Shown: positions 1-18,000, counted from the stretch's first letter. The stretch is DNA of 64,000 bases from Macrostomum lignano (GCA_002269645.1 NIVC01000539.1:166713-230712), one strand, 5' to 3'. Notes: generated from the letters alone by a model not told the origin. A program made the numbers and translations.

Positions 1-3000
1 TGCCTCTGACACCCACCGATCACACACATCACTCAGCTGTGACCTGTCCATGCAACTCCGATGCCTCTGACACCCACCGATCACACACATCACTCAGCTG
101 TCCATGCACTCCGATGCCTCTGACACCCACCGATCACACACATCACTCAGCTGTGACCTGTCCATGCAACTCCGATGCCTCTGACACCCACCGATCACAC
201 ACATCACTCAGCTGTCCATGCAACTCCGATGCCTCTGACACCCACCGATCACACACATCACTCAGCTGTGACCTGTCCATGCAACTCCGATGCCTCTGAC
301 ACCCACCGATCACACACATCACTCAGCTGTCCATGCAGCTCCGATGCCTCTGACACCCACCGATCACACACATCACTCAGCTGTCCATGCAACTCCGATG
401 CCTCTGACACCCACCGATCACACACATCACTCAGCTGTCCATGCAGCTCCGATGCCTCTGACACCCACCGATCACACACATCACTCAGCTGTCCATGCAA
501 CTCCGATGCCTCTGACACCCACCGATCACACACATCACTCAGCTGTCCATGCAACTCCGATGCCTCTGACACCCACCGATCACACACATCACTCAGCTGT
601 GACCTGTCCATGCAACTCCGATGCCTCTGACACCCACCGATCACACACATCACTCAGCTGTGACCTGTCCATGCAACTCCGATGCCTCTGACACCCACCG
701 ATCACACACATCACTCAGCTGTCCATGCAGCTCCGATGCCTCTGACACCCACCGATCACACACATCACTCAGCTGTGACCTGTCCATGCAACTCCGATGC
801 CTCTGACACCCACCGATCACACACATCACTCAGCTGTCCATGCACTCCGATGCCTCTGACACCCACCGATCACACACATCACTCAGCTGTCCATGCAGCT
901 CCGATGCCTCTGACACCCACCGATCACACACATCACTCAGCTGTGACCTGTCCATGCAACTCCGATGCCTCTGACACCCACCGATCACACACATCACTCA
1001 GCTGTGACCTGTCCATGCAACTCCGATGCCTCTGACACCCACCGATCACACACATCACTCAGCTGTGACCTGTCCATGCAACTCCGATGCCTCTGACACC
1101 CACCGATCACACACATCACTCAGCTGTGACCTGTCCATGCAACTCCGATGCCTCTGACACCCACCGATCACACACATCACTCAGCTGTCCATGCACTCCG
1201 ATGCCTCTGACACCCACCGATCACACACATCACTCAGCTGTCCATGCAACTCCGATGCCTCTGACACCCACCGATCACACACATCACTCAGCTGTCCATG
1301 CAGCTCCGATGCCTCTGACACCCACCGATCACACACATCACTCAGCTGTGACCTGTCCATGCAACTCCGATGCCTCTGACACCCACCGATCACACACATC
1401 ACTCAGCTGTCCATGCAGCTCCGATGCCTCTGACACCCACCGATCACACACATCACTCAGCTGTCCATGCACTCCGATGCCTCTGACACCCACCGATCAC
1501 ACACATCACTCAGCTGTGACCTGTCCATGCAACTCCGATGCCTCTGACACCCACCGATCACACACATCACTCAGCTGTCCATGCAACTCCGATGCCTCTG
1601 ACACCCACCGATCACACACATCACTCAGCTGTCCTGTCCATGCAACTCCGATGCCTCTGACACCCACCGATCACACACATCACTCAGCTGTCCATGCAAC
1701 TCCGATGCCTCTGACACCCACCGATCACACACATCACTCAGCTGTCCATGCATGCTCCGATGCCTCTGACACCCACCGATCACACACATCACTCAGCTGT
1801 GACCTGTCCATGCAACTCCGATGCCTCTGACACCCACCGATCACACACATCACTCAGCTGTGACCTGTCCATGCAACTCCGATGCCTCTGACACCCACCG
1901 ATCACACACATCACTCAGCTGTGACCTGTCCATGCAACTCCGATGCCTCTGACACCCACCGATCACACACATCACTCAGCTGTGACCTGTCCATGCAACT
2001 CCGATGCCTCTGACACCCACCGATCACACACATCACTCAGCTGTCCATGCAGCTCCGATGCCTCTGACACCCACCGATCACACACATCACTCAGCTGTGA
2101 CCTGTCCATGCAACTCCGATGCCTCTGACACCCACCGATCACACACATCACTCAGCTGTCCATGCAACTCCGATGCCTCTGACACCCACCGATCACACAC
2201 ATCACTCAGCTGTGACCTGTCCATGCAACTCCGATGCCTCTGACACCCACCGATCACACACATCACTCAGCTGTCCATGCACTCCGATGCCTCTGACACC
2301 CACCGATCACACACATCACTCAGCTGTCCATGCAACTCCGATGCCTCTGACACCCACCGATCACACACATCACTCAGCTGTCCATGCAACTCCGATGCCT
2401 CTGACACCCACCGATCACACACATCACTCAGCTGTCCATGCAACTCCGATGCCTCTGACACCCACCGATCACACACATCACTCAGCTGTCCATGCAACTC
2501 CGATGCCTCTGACACCCACCGATCACACACATCACTCAGCTGTGACCTGTCCATGCAACTCCGATGCCTCTGACACCCACCGATCACACACATCACTCAG
2601 CTGTGACCTGTCCATGCAACTCCGATGCCTCTGACACCCACCGATCACACACATCACTCAGCTGTCCATGCAGCTCCGATGCCTCTGACACCCACCGATC
2701 ACACACATCACTCAGCTGTGACCTGTCCATGCTCCGATGCCTCTGACACCCACCGATCACACACATCACTCAGCTGTCCATGCAACTCCGATGCCTCTGA
2801 CACCCACCGATCACACACATCACTCAGCTGTCCATGCATGCTCCGATGCCTCTGACACCCACCGATCACACACATCACTCAGCTGTGACCTGTCCATGCA
2901 ACTCCGATGCCTCTGACACCCACCGATCACACACATCACTCAGCTGTGACCTGTCCATGCAACTCCGATGCCTCTGACACCCACCGATCACACACATCAC

Positions 3001-6000
3001 TCAGCTGTCCATGCAACTCCGATGCCTCTGACACCCACCGATCACACACATCACTCAGCTGTCCTGCATGCACTCCGATGCCTCTGACACCCACCGATCA
3101 CACACATCACTCAGCTGTCCATGCACTCCGATGCCTCTGACACCCACCGATCACACACATCACTCAGCTGTCCATGCAGCTCCGATGCCTCTGACACCCA
3201 CCGATCACACACATCACTCAGCTGTCCATGCACTCCGATGCCTCTGACACCCACCGATCACACACATCACTCAGCTGTCCATGCAGCTCCGATGCCTCTG
3301 ACACCCACCGATCACACACATCACTCAGCTGTCCATGCAGCTCCGATGCCTCTGACACCCACCGATCACACACATCACTCAGCTGTGACCTGTCCATGCA
3401 ACTCCGATGCCTCTGACACCCACCGATCACACACATCACTCAGCTGTCCATGCAGCTCCGATGCCTCTGACACCCACCGATCACACACATCACTCAGCTG
3501 TGACCTGTCCATGCAACTCCGATGCCTCTGACACCCACCGATCACACACATCACTCAGCTGTGACCTGTCCATGCAACTCCGATGCCTCTGACACCCACC
3601 GATCACACACATCACTCAGCTGTGACCTGCCATGCTCCGATGCCTCTGACACCCACCGATCACACACATCACTCAGCTGTGACCTGTCCATGCAACTCCG
3701 ATGCCTCTGACACCCACCGATCACACACATCACTCAGCTGTCCTGTCCATGCAACTCCGATGCCTCTGACACCCACCGATCACACACATCACTCAGCTGT
3801 GACCTGTCCATGCAACTCCGATGCCTCTGACACCCACCGATCACACACATCACTCAGCTGTCCATGCAACTCCGATGCCTCTGACACCCACCGATCACAC
3901 ACATCACTCAGCTGTCCATGCAGCTCCGATGCCTCTGACACCCACCGATCACACACATCACTCAGCTGTCCTGTCCATGCAACTCCGATGCCTCTGACAC
4001 CCACCGATCACACACATCACTCAGCTGTGACCTGTCCATGCAACTCCGATGCCTCTGACACCCACCGATCACACACATCACTCAGCTGTCCATGCAGCTC
4101 CGATGCCTCTGACACCCACCGATCACACACATCACTCAGCTGTCCATGCAACTCCGATGCCTCTGACACCCACCGATCACACACATCACTCAGCTGTCCA
4201 TGCAACTCCGATGCCTCTGACACCCACCGATCACACACATCACTCAGCTGTGACCTGTCCATGCAACTCCGATGCCTCTGACACCCACCGATCACACACA
4301 TCACTCAGCTGTGACCTGTCCATGCAACTCCGATGCCTCTGACACCCACCGATCACACACATCACTCAGCTGTCCATGCAGCTCCGATGCCTCTGACACC
4401 CACCGATCACACACATCACTCAGCTGTCCATGCAACTCCGATGCCTCTGACACCCACCGATCACACACATCACTCAGCTGTCCATGCAGCTCCGATGCCT
4501 CTGACACCCACCGATCACACACATCACTCAGCTGTCCATGCATGCTCCGATGCCTCTGACACCCACCGATCACACACATCACTCAGCTGTGACCTGTCCA
4601 TGCAACTCCGATGCCTCTGACACCCACCGATCACACACATCACTCAGCTGTGTCCATGCAACTCCGATGCCTCTGACACCCACCGATCACACACATCACT
4701 CAGCTGTCCTGTCCATGCAACTCCGATGCCTCTGACACCCACCGATCACACACATCACTCAGCTGTCCTGTCCATGCAACTCCGATGCCTCTGACACCCA
4801 CCGATCACACACATCACTCAGCTGTCCATGCACTCCGATGCCTCTGACACCCACCGATCACACACATCACTCAGCTGTCCATGCACTCCGATGCCTCTGA
4901 CACCCACCGATCACACACATCACTCAGCTGTCCATGCACTCCGATGCCTCTGACACCCACCGATCACACACATCACTCAGCTGTCCATGCAGCTCCGATG
5001 CCTCTGACACCCACCGATCACACACATCACTCAGCTGTCCATGCACTCCGATGCCTCTGACACCCACCGATCACACACATCACTCAGCTGTGACCTGTCC
5101 ATGCAACTCCGATGCCTCTGACACCCACCGATCACACACATCACTCAGCTGTCCATGCAACTCCGATGCCTCTGACACCCACCGATCACACACATCACTC
5201 AGCTGTGACCTGTCCATGCAACTCCGATGCCTCTGACACCCACCGATCACACACATCACTCAGCTGTGACCTGTCCATGCAACTCCGATGCCTCTGACAC
5301 CCACCGATCACACACATCACTCAGCTGTCCATGCAACTCCGATGCCTCTGACACCCACCGATCACACACATCACTCAGCTGTCCATGCAACTCCGATGCC
5401 TCTGACACCCACCGATCACACACATCACTCAGCTGTCCATGCAACTCCGATGCCTCTGACACCCACCGATCACACACATCACTCAGCTGTGACCTGTCCA
5501 TGCAACTCCGATGCCTCTGACACCCACCGATCACACACATCACTCAGCTGTCCATGCAACTCCGATGCCTCTGACACCCACCGATCACACACATCACTCA
5601 GCTGTCCATGCAACTCCGATGCCTCTGACACCCACCGATCACACACATCACTCAGCTGTCCTGTCCATGCAACTCCGATGCCTCTGACACCCACCGATCA
5701 CACACATCACTCAGCTGTCCATGCAACTCCGATGCCTCTGACACCCACCGATCACACACATCACTCAGCTGTCCATGCAACTCCGATGCCTCTGACACCC
5801 ACCGATCACACACATCACTCAGCTGTCCATGCAGCTCCGATGCCTCTGACACCCACCGATCACACACATCACTCAGCTGTCCATGCATGCTCCGATGCCT
5901 CTGACACCCACCGATCACACACATCACTCAGCTGTCCATGCAACTCCGATGCCTCTGACACCCACCGATCACACACATCACTCAGCTGTCCATGCAGCTC

Positions 6001-9000
6001 CGATGCCTCTGACACCCACCGATCACACACATCACTCAGCTGTCCATGCAACTCCGATGCCTCTGACACCCACCGATCACACACATCACTCAGCTGTCCA
6101 TGCAACTCCGATGCCTCTGACACCCACCGATCACACACATCACTCAGCTGTCCATGCAACTCCGATGCCTCTGACACCCACCGATCACACACATCACTCA
6201 GCTGTCCATGCATGCTCCGATGCCTCTGACACCCACCGATCACACACATCACTCAGCTGTGACCTGTCCATGCAACTCCGATGCCTCTGACACCCACCGA
6301 TCACACACATCACTCAGCTGTCCTGTCCATGCAACTCCGATGCCTCTGACACCCACCGATCACACACATCACTCAGCTGTCCATGCAACTCCGATGCCTC
6401 TGACACCCACCGATCACACACATCACTCAGCTGTCCATGCAGCTCCGATGCCTCTGACACCCACCGATCACACACATCACTCAGCTGTCCTGCAGCTCCG
6501 ATGCCTCTGACACCCACCGATCACACACATCACTCAGCTGTCCATGCAACTCCGATGCCTCTGACACCCACCGATCACACACATCACTCAGCTGTGACCA
6601 TGCAACTCCGATGCCTCTGACACCCACCGATCACACACATCACTCAGCTGTCCATGCAACTCCGATGCCTCTGACACCCACCGATCACACACATCACTCA
6701 GCTGTCCATGCAGCTCCGATGCCTCTGACACCCACCGATCACACACATCACTCAGCTGTCCATGCAGCTCCGATGCCTCTGACACCCACCGATCACACAC
6801 ATCACTCAGCTGTCCATGCACTCCGATGCCTCTGACACCCACCGATCACACACATCACTCAGCTGTCCATGCAACTCCGATGCCTCTGACACCCACCGAT
6901 CACACACATCACTCAGCTGTCCATGCAACTCCGATGCCTCTGACACCCACCGATCACACACATCACTCAGCTGTCCATGCAACTCCGATGCCTCTGACAC
7001 CCACCGATCACACACATCACTCAGCTGTGACCTGCATGCTCCGATGCCTCTGACACCCACCGATCACACACATCACTCAGCTGTGACCTGTCCATGCAAC
7101 TCCGATGCCTCTGACACCCACCGATCACACACATCACTCAGCTGTCCTGTCCATGCAACTCCGATGCCTCTGACACCCACCGATCACACACATCACTCAG
7201 CTGTGACCTGTCCATGCAACTCCGATGCCTCTGACACCCACCGATCACACACATCACTCAGCTGTGACCTGTCCATGCAACTCCGATGCCTCTGACACCC
7301 ACCGATCACACACATCACTCAGCTGTCCATGCAACTCCGATGCCTCTGACACCCACCGATCACACACATCACTCAGCTGTCCTGTCATGCAACTCCGATG
7401 CCTCTGACACCCACCGATCACACACATCACTCAGCTGTCCATGCAGCTCCGATGCCTCTGACACCCACCGATCACACACATCACTCAGCTGTCCTGTCCA
7501 TGCAACTCCGATGCCTCTGACACCCACCGATCACACACATCACTCAGCTGTCCTGTCCATGCAACTCCGATGCCTCTGACACCCACCGATCACACACATC
7601 ACTCAGCTGTCCTGTCCATGCAACTCCGATGCCTCTGACACCCACCGATCACACACATCACTCAGCTGTCCATGCAACTCCGATGCCTCTGACACCCACC
7701 GATCACACACATCACTCAGCTGTCCATGCAACTCCGATGCCTCTGACACCCACCGATCACACACATCACTCAGCTGTCCATGCAACTCCGATGCCTCTGA
7801 CACCCACCGATCACACACATCACTCAGCTGTCCTGTCCATGCAACTCCGATGCCTCTGACACCCACCGATCACACACATCACTCAGCTGTCCATGCAACT
7901 CCGATGCCTCTGACACCCACCGATCACACACATCACTCAGCTGTCCTGTCCATGCAACTCCGATGCCTCTGACACCCACCGATCACACACATCACTCAGC
8001 TGTCCATGCAGCTCCGATGCCTCTGACACCCACCGATCACACACATCACTCAGCTGTCCATGCAGCTCCGATGCCTCTGACACCCACCGATCACACACAT
8101 CACTCAGCTGTCCATGCAACTCCGATGCCTCTGACACCCACCGATCACACACATCACTCAGCTGTGACCTGTCCATGCAACTCCGATGCCTCTGACACCC
8201 ACCGATCACACACATCACTCAGCTGTGACCTGTCCATGCAACTCCGATGCCTCTGACACCCACCGATCACACACATCACTCAGCTGTGACCTGTCCATGC
8301 AACTCCGATGCCTCTGACACCCACCGATCACACACATCACTCAGCTGTGACCTGTCCATGCAACTCCGATGCCTCTGACACCCACCGATCACACACATCA
8401 CTCAGCTGTGACCATGCAACTCCGATGCCTCTGACACCCACCGATCACACACATCACTCAGCTGTGACCTGTCCATGCAACTCCGATGCCTCTGACACCC
8501 ACCGATCACACACATCACTCAGCTGTGACCTGTCCATGCAACTCCGATGCCTCTGACACCCACCGATCACACACATCACTCAGCTGTCCATGCAGCTCCG
8601 ATGCCTCTGACACCCACCGATCACACACATCACTCAGCTGTCCTGTCATGCAACTCCGATGCCTCTGACACCCACCGATCACACACATCACTCAGCTGTC
8701 CTGTCCATGCACTCCGATGCCTCTGACACCCACCGATCACACACATCACTCAGCTGTCCATGCAGCTCCGATGCCTCTGACACCCACCGATCACACACAT
8801 CACTCAGCTGTCCATGCAGCTCCGATGCCTCTGACACCCACCGATCACACACATCACTCAGCTGTCCATGCAGCTCCGATGCCTCTGACACCCACCGATC
8901 ACACACATCACTCAGCTGTCCATGCAACTCCGATGCCTCTGACACCCACCGATCACACACATCACTCAGCTGTCCATGCATGCTCCGATGCCTCTGACAC

Positions 9001-12000
9001 CCACCGATCACACACATCACTCAGCTGTGACCTGTCCATGCAACTCCGATGCCTCTGACACCCACCGATCACACACATCACTCAGCTGTCCATGCAACTC
9101 CGATGCCTCTGACACCCACCGATCACACACATCACTCAGCTGTCCTGTCATGCAACTCCGATGCCTCTGACACCCACCGATCACACACATCACTCAGCTG
9201 TCCTGTCCATGCAACTCCGATGCCTCTGACACCCACCGATCACACACATCACTCAGCTGTCCTGCCATGCAACTCCGATGCCTCTGACACCCACCGATCA
9301 CACACATCACTCAGCTGTCCATGCAACTCCGATGCCTCTGACACCCACCGATCACACACATCACTCAGCTGTCCATGCAGCTCCGATGCCTCTGACACCC
9401 ACCGATCACACACATCACTCAGCTGTGACCTGTCCATGCAACTCCGATGCCTCTGACACCCACCGATCACACACATCACTCAGCTGTGACCTGTCCATGC
9501 AACTCCGATGCCTCTGACACCCACCGATCACACACATCACTCAGCTGTGACCTGTCCATGCAACTCCGATGCCTCTGACACCCACCGATCACACACATCA
9601 CTCAGCTGTGACCTGTCCATGCAACTCCGATGCCTCTGACACCCACCGATCACACACATCACTCAGCTGTCCATGCATGCTCCGATGCCTCTGACACCCA
9701 CCGATCACACACATCACTCAGCTGTCCATGCAGCTCCGATGCCTCTGACACCCACCGATCACACACATCACTCTGATCACACACATCACTCAGCTGTCCA
9801 TGCAGCTCCGATGCCTCTGACACCCACCGATCACACACATCACTCAGCTGTCCATGCAGCTCCGATGCCTCTGACACCCACCGATCACACACATCACTCA
9901 GCTGTGACCTGTCCATGCAACTCCGATGCCTCTGACACCCACCGATCACACACATCACTCAGCTGTCCATGCAGCTCCGATGCCTCTGACACCCACCGAT
10001 CACACACATCACTCAGCTGTCCTGTCATGCAACTCCGATGCCTCTGACACCCACCGATCACACACATCACTCAGCTGTGACCTGTCCATGCAACTCCGAT
10101 GCCTCTGACACCCACCGATCACACACATCACTCAGCTGTCCATGCAGCTCCGATGCCTCTGACACCCACCGATCACACACATCACTCAGCTGTGACCTGT
10201 CCATGCAACTCCGATGCCTCTGACACCCACCGATCACACACATCACTCAGCTGTGACCTGTCCATGCAACTCCGATGCCTCTGACACCCACCGATCACAC
10301 ACATCACTCAGCTGTCCATGCAGCTCCGATGCCTCTGACACCCACCGATCACACACATCACTCAGCTGTCCATGCAACTCCGATGCCTCTGACACCCACC
10401 GATCACACACATCACTCAGCTGTCCATGCACTCCGATGCCTCTGACACCCACCGATCACACACATCACTCAGCTGTCCATGCAACTCCGATGCCTCTGAC
10501 ACCCACCGATCACACACATCACTCAGCTGTGACCTGTCCATGCAACTCCGATGCCTCTGACACCCACCGATCACACACATCACTCAGCTGTGACCTGTCC
10601 ATGCAACTCCGATGCCTCTGACACCCACCGATCACACACATCACTCAGCTGTGACCTGTCCATGCAACTCCGATGCCTCTGACACCCACCGATCACACAC
10701 ATCACTCAGCTGTCCATGCAACTCCGATGCCTCTGACACCCACCGATCACACACATCACTCAGCTGTCCATGCAACTCCGATGCCTCTGACACCCACCGA
10801 TCACACACATCACTCAGCTGTCCATGCAACTCCGATGCCTCTGACACCCACCGATCACACACATCACTCAGCTGTGACCTGTCCATGCAACTCCGATGCC
10901 TCTGACACCCACCGATCACACACATCACTCAGCTGTGACCATGCAACTCCGATGCCTCTGACACCCACCGATCACACACATCACTCAGCTGTGACCATGC
11001 AACTCCGATGCCTCTGACACCCACCGATCACACACATCACTCAGCTGTGACCTGTCCATGCAACTCCGATGCCTCTGACACCCACCGATCACACACATCA
11101 CTCAGCTGTCCATGCAGCTCCGATGCCTCTGACACCCACCGATCACACACATCACTCAGCTGTGACCTGTCCATGCAACTCCGATGCCTCTGACACCCAC
11201 CGATCACACACATCACTCAGCTGTCCTGCATGCAACTCCGATGCCTCTGACACCCACCGATCACACACATCACTCAGCTGTCCATGCAACTCCGATGCCT
11301 CTGACACCCACCGATCACACACATCACTCAGCTGTGACCTGTCCATGCAACTCCGATGCCTCTGACACCCACCGATCACACACATCACTCAGCTGTCCAT
11401 GCAGCTCCGATGCCTCTGACACCCACCGATCACACACATCACTCAGCTGTCCATGCAACTCCGATGCCTCTGACACCCACCGATCACACACATCACTCAG
11501 CTGTCCATGCAGCTCCGATGCCTCTGACACCCACCGATCACACACATCACTCAGCTGTGACCTGCATGCTCCGATGCCTCTGACACCCACCGATCACACA
11601 CATCACTCAGCTGTCCATGCAACTCCGATGCCTCTGACACCCACCGATCACACACATCACTCAGCTGTCCATGCAACTCCGATGCCTCTGACACCCACCG
11701 ATCACACACATCACTCAGCTGTGACCTGTCCATGCAACTCCGATGCCTCTGACACCCACCGATCACACACATCACTCAGCTGTGACCTGTCCATGCAACT
11801 CCGATGCCTCTGACACCCACCGATCACACACATCACTCAGCTGTGACCTGTCCATGCAACTCCGATGCCTCTGACACCCACCGATCACACACATCACTCA
11901 GCTGTGACCTGTCCATGCAACTCCGATGCCTCTGACACCCACCGATCACACACATCACTCAGCTGTGACCTGTCCATGCAACTCCGATGCCTCTGACACC

Positions 12001-15000
12001 CACCGATCACACACATCACTCAGCTGTCCATGCATGCTCCGATGCCTCTGACACCCACCGATCACACACATCACTCAGCTGTGACCTGTCCATGCAACTC
12101 CGATGCCTCTGACACCCACCGATCACACACATCACTCAGCTGTGACCTGTCCATGCAACTCCGATGCCTCTGACACCCACCGATCACACACATCACTCAG
12201 CTGTCCATGCAGCTCCGATGCCTCTGACACCCACCGATCACACACATCACTCAGCTGTCCATGCAGCTCCGATGCCTCTGACACCCACCGATCACACACA
12301 TCACTCAGCTGTGACCTGTCCATGCAACTCCGATGCCTCTGACACCCACCGATCACACACATCACTCAGCTGTCCATGCAGCTCCGATGCCTCTGACACC
12401 CACCGATCACACACATCACTCAGCTGTCCATGCAGCTCCGATGCCTCTGACACCCACCGATCACACACATCACTCAGCTGTCCATGCAACTCCGATGCCT
12501 CTGACACCCACCGATCACACACATCACTCAGCTGTCCATGCAGCTCCGATGCCTCTGACACCCACCGATCACACACATCACTCAGCTGTCCATGCAACTC
12601 CGATGCCTCTGACACCCACCGATCACACACATCACTCAGCTGTCCATGCAGCTCCGATGCCTCTGACACCCACCGATCACACACATCACTCAGCTGTCCA
12701 TGCAGCTCCGATGCCTCTGACACCCACCGATCACACACATCACTCAGCTGTGACCTGTCCATGCAACTCCGATGCCTCTGACACCCACCGATCACACACA
12801 TCACTCAGCTGTCCATGCAGCTCCGATGCCTCTGACACCCACCGATCACACACATCACTCAGCTGTCCATGCAACTCCGATGCCTCTGACACCCACCGAT
12901 CACACACATCACTCAGCTGTGACCTGTCCATGCACTCCGATGCCTCTGACACCCACCGATCACACACATCACTCAGCTGTCCATGCATGCTCCGATGCCT
13001 CTGACACCCACCGATCACACACATCACTCAGCTGTCCATGCAGCTCCGATGCCTCTGACACCCACCGATCACACACATCACTCAGCTGTCCATGCAGCTC
13101 CGATGCCTCCGATGCCTCTGACACCCACCGATCACACACATCACTCAGCTGTCCATGCAACTCCGATGCCTCTGACACCCACCGATCACACACATCACTC
13201 AGCTGTGACCTGTCCATGCAACTCCGATGCCTCTGACACCCACCGATCACACACATCACTCAGCTGTGACCTGTCCATGCAACTCCGATGCCTCTGACAC
13301 CCACCGATCACACACATCACTCAGCTGTGACCTGTCCATGCAACTCCGATGCCTCTGACACCCACCGATCACACACATCACTCAGCTGTCCATGCTCCGA
13401 TGCCTCTGACACCCACCGATCACACACATCACTCAGCTGTGACCTGTCCATGCAACTCCGATGCCTCTGACACCCACCGATCACACACATCACTCAGCTG
13501 TCCATGCAGCTCCGATGCCTCTGACACCCACCGATCACACACATCACTCAGCTGTGACCTGTCCATGCAACTCCGATGCCTCTGACACCCACCGATCACA
13601 CACATCACTCAGCTGTCCATGCACTCCGATGCCTCTGACACCCACCGATCACACACATCACTCAGCTGTCCATGCAACTCCGATGCCTCTGACACCCACC
13701 GATCACACACATCACTCAGCTGTGACCTGTCCATGCAACTCCGATGCCTCTGACACCCACCGATCACACACATCACTCAGCTGTGACCTGTCCATGCAAC
13801 TCCGATGCCTCTGACACCCACCGATCACACACATCACTCAGCTGTGACCTGTCCATGCAACTCCGATGCCTCTGACACCCACCGATCACACACATCACTC
13901 AGCTGTGACCTGTCCATGCAACTCCGATGCCTCTGACACCCACCGATCACACACATCACTCAGCTGTCCATGCATGCAACTCCGATGCCTCTGACACCCA
14001 CCGATCACACACATCACTCAGCTGTGACCTGTCCATGCAACTCCGATGCCTCTGACACCCACCGATCACACACATCACTCAGCTGTGACCATGCAACTCC
14101 GATGCCTCTGACACCCACCGATCACACACATCACTCAGCTGTCCATGCATGCTCCGATGCCTCTGACACCCACCGATCACACACATCACTCAGCTGTCCA
14201 TGCACTCCGATGCCTCTGACACCCACCGATCACACACATCACTCAGCTGTCCATGCAACTCCGATGCCTCTGACACCCACCGATCACACACATCACTCAG
14301 CTGTCCATGCAGCTCCGATGCCTCTGACACCCACCGATCACACACATCACTCAGCTGTCCATGCAACTCCGATGCCTCTGACACCCACCGATCACACACA
14401 TCACTCAGCTGTCCATGCAGCTCCGATGCCTCTGACACCCACCGATCACACACATCACTCAGCTGTCCATGCACTCCGATGCCTCTGACACCCACCGATC
14501 ACACACATCACTCAGCTGTGACCTGTCCATGCAACTCCGATGCCTCTGACACCCACCGATCACACACATCACTCAGCTGTCCATGCAACTCCGATGCCTC
14601 TGACACCCACCGATCACACACATCACTCAGCTGTGACCTGTCCATGCAACTCCGATGCCTCTGACACCCACCGATCACACACATCACTCAGCTGTCCTGC
14701 ATGCAACTCCGATGCCTCTGACACCCACCGATCACACACATCACTCAGCTGTCCATGCAACTCCGATGCCTCTGACACCCACCGATCACACACATCACTC
14801 AGCTGTCCTGTCCATGCAACTCCGATGCCTCTGACACCCACCGATCACACACATCACTCAGCTGTGACCTGTCCATGCAACTCCGATGCCTCTGACACCC
14901 ACCGATCACACACATCACTCAGCTGTGACCTGTCCATGCAACTCCGATGCCTCTGACACCCACCGATCACACACATCACTCAGCTGTGACCTGTCCATGC

Positions 15001-18000
15001 AACTCCGATGCCTCTGACACCCACCGATCACACACATCACTCAGCTGTCCATGCTCCGATGCCTCTGACACCCACCGATCACACACATCACTCAGCTGTC
15101 CATGCACTCCGATGCCTCTGACACCCACCGATCACACACATCACTCAGCTGTCCATGCACTCCGATGCCTCTGACACCCACCGATCACACACATCACTCA
15201 GCTGTCCATGCACTCCGATGCCTCTGACACCCACCGATCACACACATCACTCAGCTGTCCATGCAACTCCGATGCCTCTGACACCCACCGATCACACACA
15301 TCACTCAGCTGTGACCTGTCCATGCAACTCCGATGCCTCTGACACCCACCGATCACACACATCACTCAGCTGTCCATGCAACTCCGATGCCTCTGACACC
15401 CACCGATCACACACATCACTCAGCTGTGACCTGTCCATGCAACTCCGATGCCTCTGACACCCACCGATCACACACATCACTCAGCTGTGACCTGTCCATG
15501 CAACTCCGATGCCTCTGACACCCACCGATCACACACATCACTCAGCTGTCCTGCATGCAACTCCGATGCCTCTGACACCCACCGATCACACACATCACTC
15601 AGCTGTGACCTGTCCATGCAACTCCGATGCCTCTGACACCCACCGATCACACACATCACTCAGCTGTGACCTGTCCATGCAACTCCGATGCCTCTGACAC
15701 CCACCGATCACACACATCACTCAGCTGTCCATGCACTCCGATGCCTCTGACACCCACCGATCACACACATCACTCAGCTGTCCTGTCCATGCAACTCCGA
15801 TGCCTCTGACACCCACCGATCACACACATCACTCAGCTGTCCATGCAGCTCCGATGCCTCTGACACCCACCGATCACACACATCACTCAGCTGTCCATGC
15901 AACTCCGATGCCTCTGACACCCACCGATCACACACATCACTCAGCTGTGACCTGTCCATGCAACTCCGATGCCTCTGACACCCACCGATCACACACATCA
16001 CTCAGCTGTCCATGCAACTCCGATGCCTCTGACACCCACCGATCACACACATCACTCAGCTGTGACCTGTCCATGCAACTCCGATGCCTCTGACACCCAC
16101 CGATCACACACATCACTCAGCTGTGACCTGTCCATGCAACTCCGATGCCTCTGACACCCACCGATCACACACATCACTCAGCTGTGACCTGTCCATGCAA
16201 CTCCGATGCCTCTGACACCCACCGATCACACACATCACTCAGCTGTGACCTGTCCATGCACTCCGATGCCTCTGACACCCACCGATCACACACATCACTC
16301 AGCTGTCCATGCACTCCGATGCCTCTGACACCCACCGATCACACACATCACTCAGCTGTCCATGCAACTCCGATGCCTCTGACACCCACCGATCACACAC
16401 ATCACTCAGCTGTCCATGCAGCTCCGATGCCTCTGACACCCACCGATCACACACATCACTCAGCTGTCCATGCACTCCGATGCCTCTGACACCCACCGAT
16501 CACACACATCACTCAGCTGTCCATGCAGCTCCGATGCCTCTGACACCCACCGATCACACACATCACTCAGCTGTGACCTGTCCATGCAACTCCGATGCCT
16601 CTGACACCCACCGATCACACACATCACTCAGCTGTCCATGCAGCTCCGATGCCTCTGACACCCACCGATCACACACATCACTCAGCTGTGACCTGTCCAT
16701 GCAACTCCGATGCCTCTGACACCCACCGATCACACACATCACTCAGCTGTGACCTGTCCATGCAACTCCGATGCCTCTGACACCCACCGATCACACACAT
16801 CACTCAGCTGTCCATGCAACTCCGATGCCTCTGACACCCACCGATCACACACATCACTCAGCTGTGACCTGTCCATGCAACTCCGATGCCTCTGACACCC
16901 ACCGATCACACACATCACTCAGCTGTGACCTGTCCATGCAACTCCGATGCCTCTGACACCCACCGATCACACACATCACTCAGCTGTCCATGCACTCCGA
17001 TGCCTCTGACACCCACCGATCACACACATCACTCAGCTGTGACCTGTCCATGCAACTCCGATGCCTCTGACACCCACCGATCACACACATCACTCAGCTG
17101 TCCATGCAACTCCGATGCCTCTGACACCCACCGATCACACACATCACTCAGCTGTCCATGCAACTCCGATGCCTCTGACACCCACCGATCACACACATCA
17201 CTCAGCTGTGACCTGTCCATGCAACTCCGATGCCTCTGACACCCACCGATCACACACATCACTCAGCTGTGACCATGCAACTCCGATGCCTCTGACACCC
17301 ACCGATCACACACATCACTCAGCTGTGACCTGTCCATGCAACTCCGATGCCTCTGACACCCACCGATCACACACATCACTCAGCTGTCCATGCAACTCCG
17401 ATGCCTCTGACACCCACCGATCACACACATCACTCAGCTGTCCATGCAACTCCGATGCCTCTGACACCCACCGATCACACACATCACTCAGCTGTCCATG
17501 CACTCCGATGCCTCTGACACCCACCGATCACACACATCACTCAGCTGTGACCTGTCCATGCACTCCGATGCCTCTGACACCCACCGATCACACACATCAC
17601 TCAGCTGTGACCTGTCCATGCAACTCCGATGCCTCTGACACCCACCGATCACACACATCACTCAGCTGTCCTGTCCATGCAACTCCGATGCCTCTGACAC
17701 CCACCGATCACACACATCACTCAGCTGTGACCTGTCCATGCAACTCCGATGCCTCTGACACCCACCGATCACACACATCACTCAGCTGTCCATGCACTCC
17801 GATGCCTCTGACACCCACCGATCACACACATCACTCAGCTGTCCATGCAACTCCGATGCCTCTGACACCCACCGATCACACACATCACTCAGCTGTCCAT
17901 GCAGCTCCGATGCCTCTGACACCCACCGATCACACACATCACTCAGCTGTCCATGCAACTCCGATGCCTCTGACACCCACCGATCACACACATCACTCAG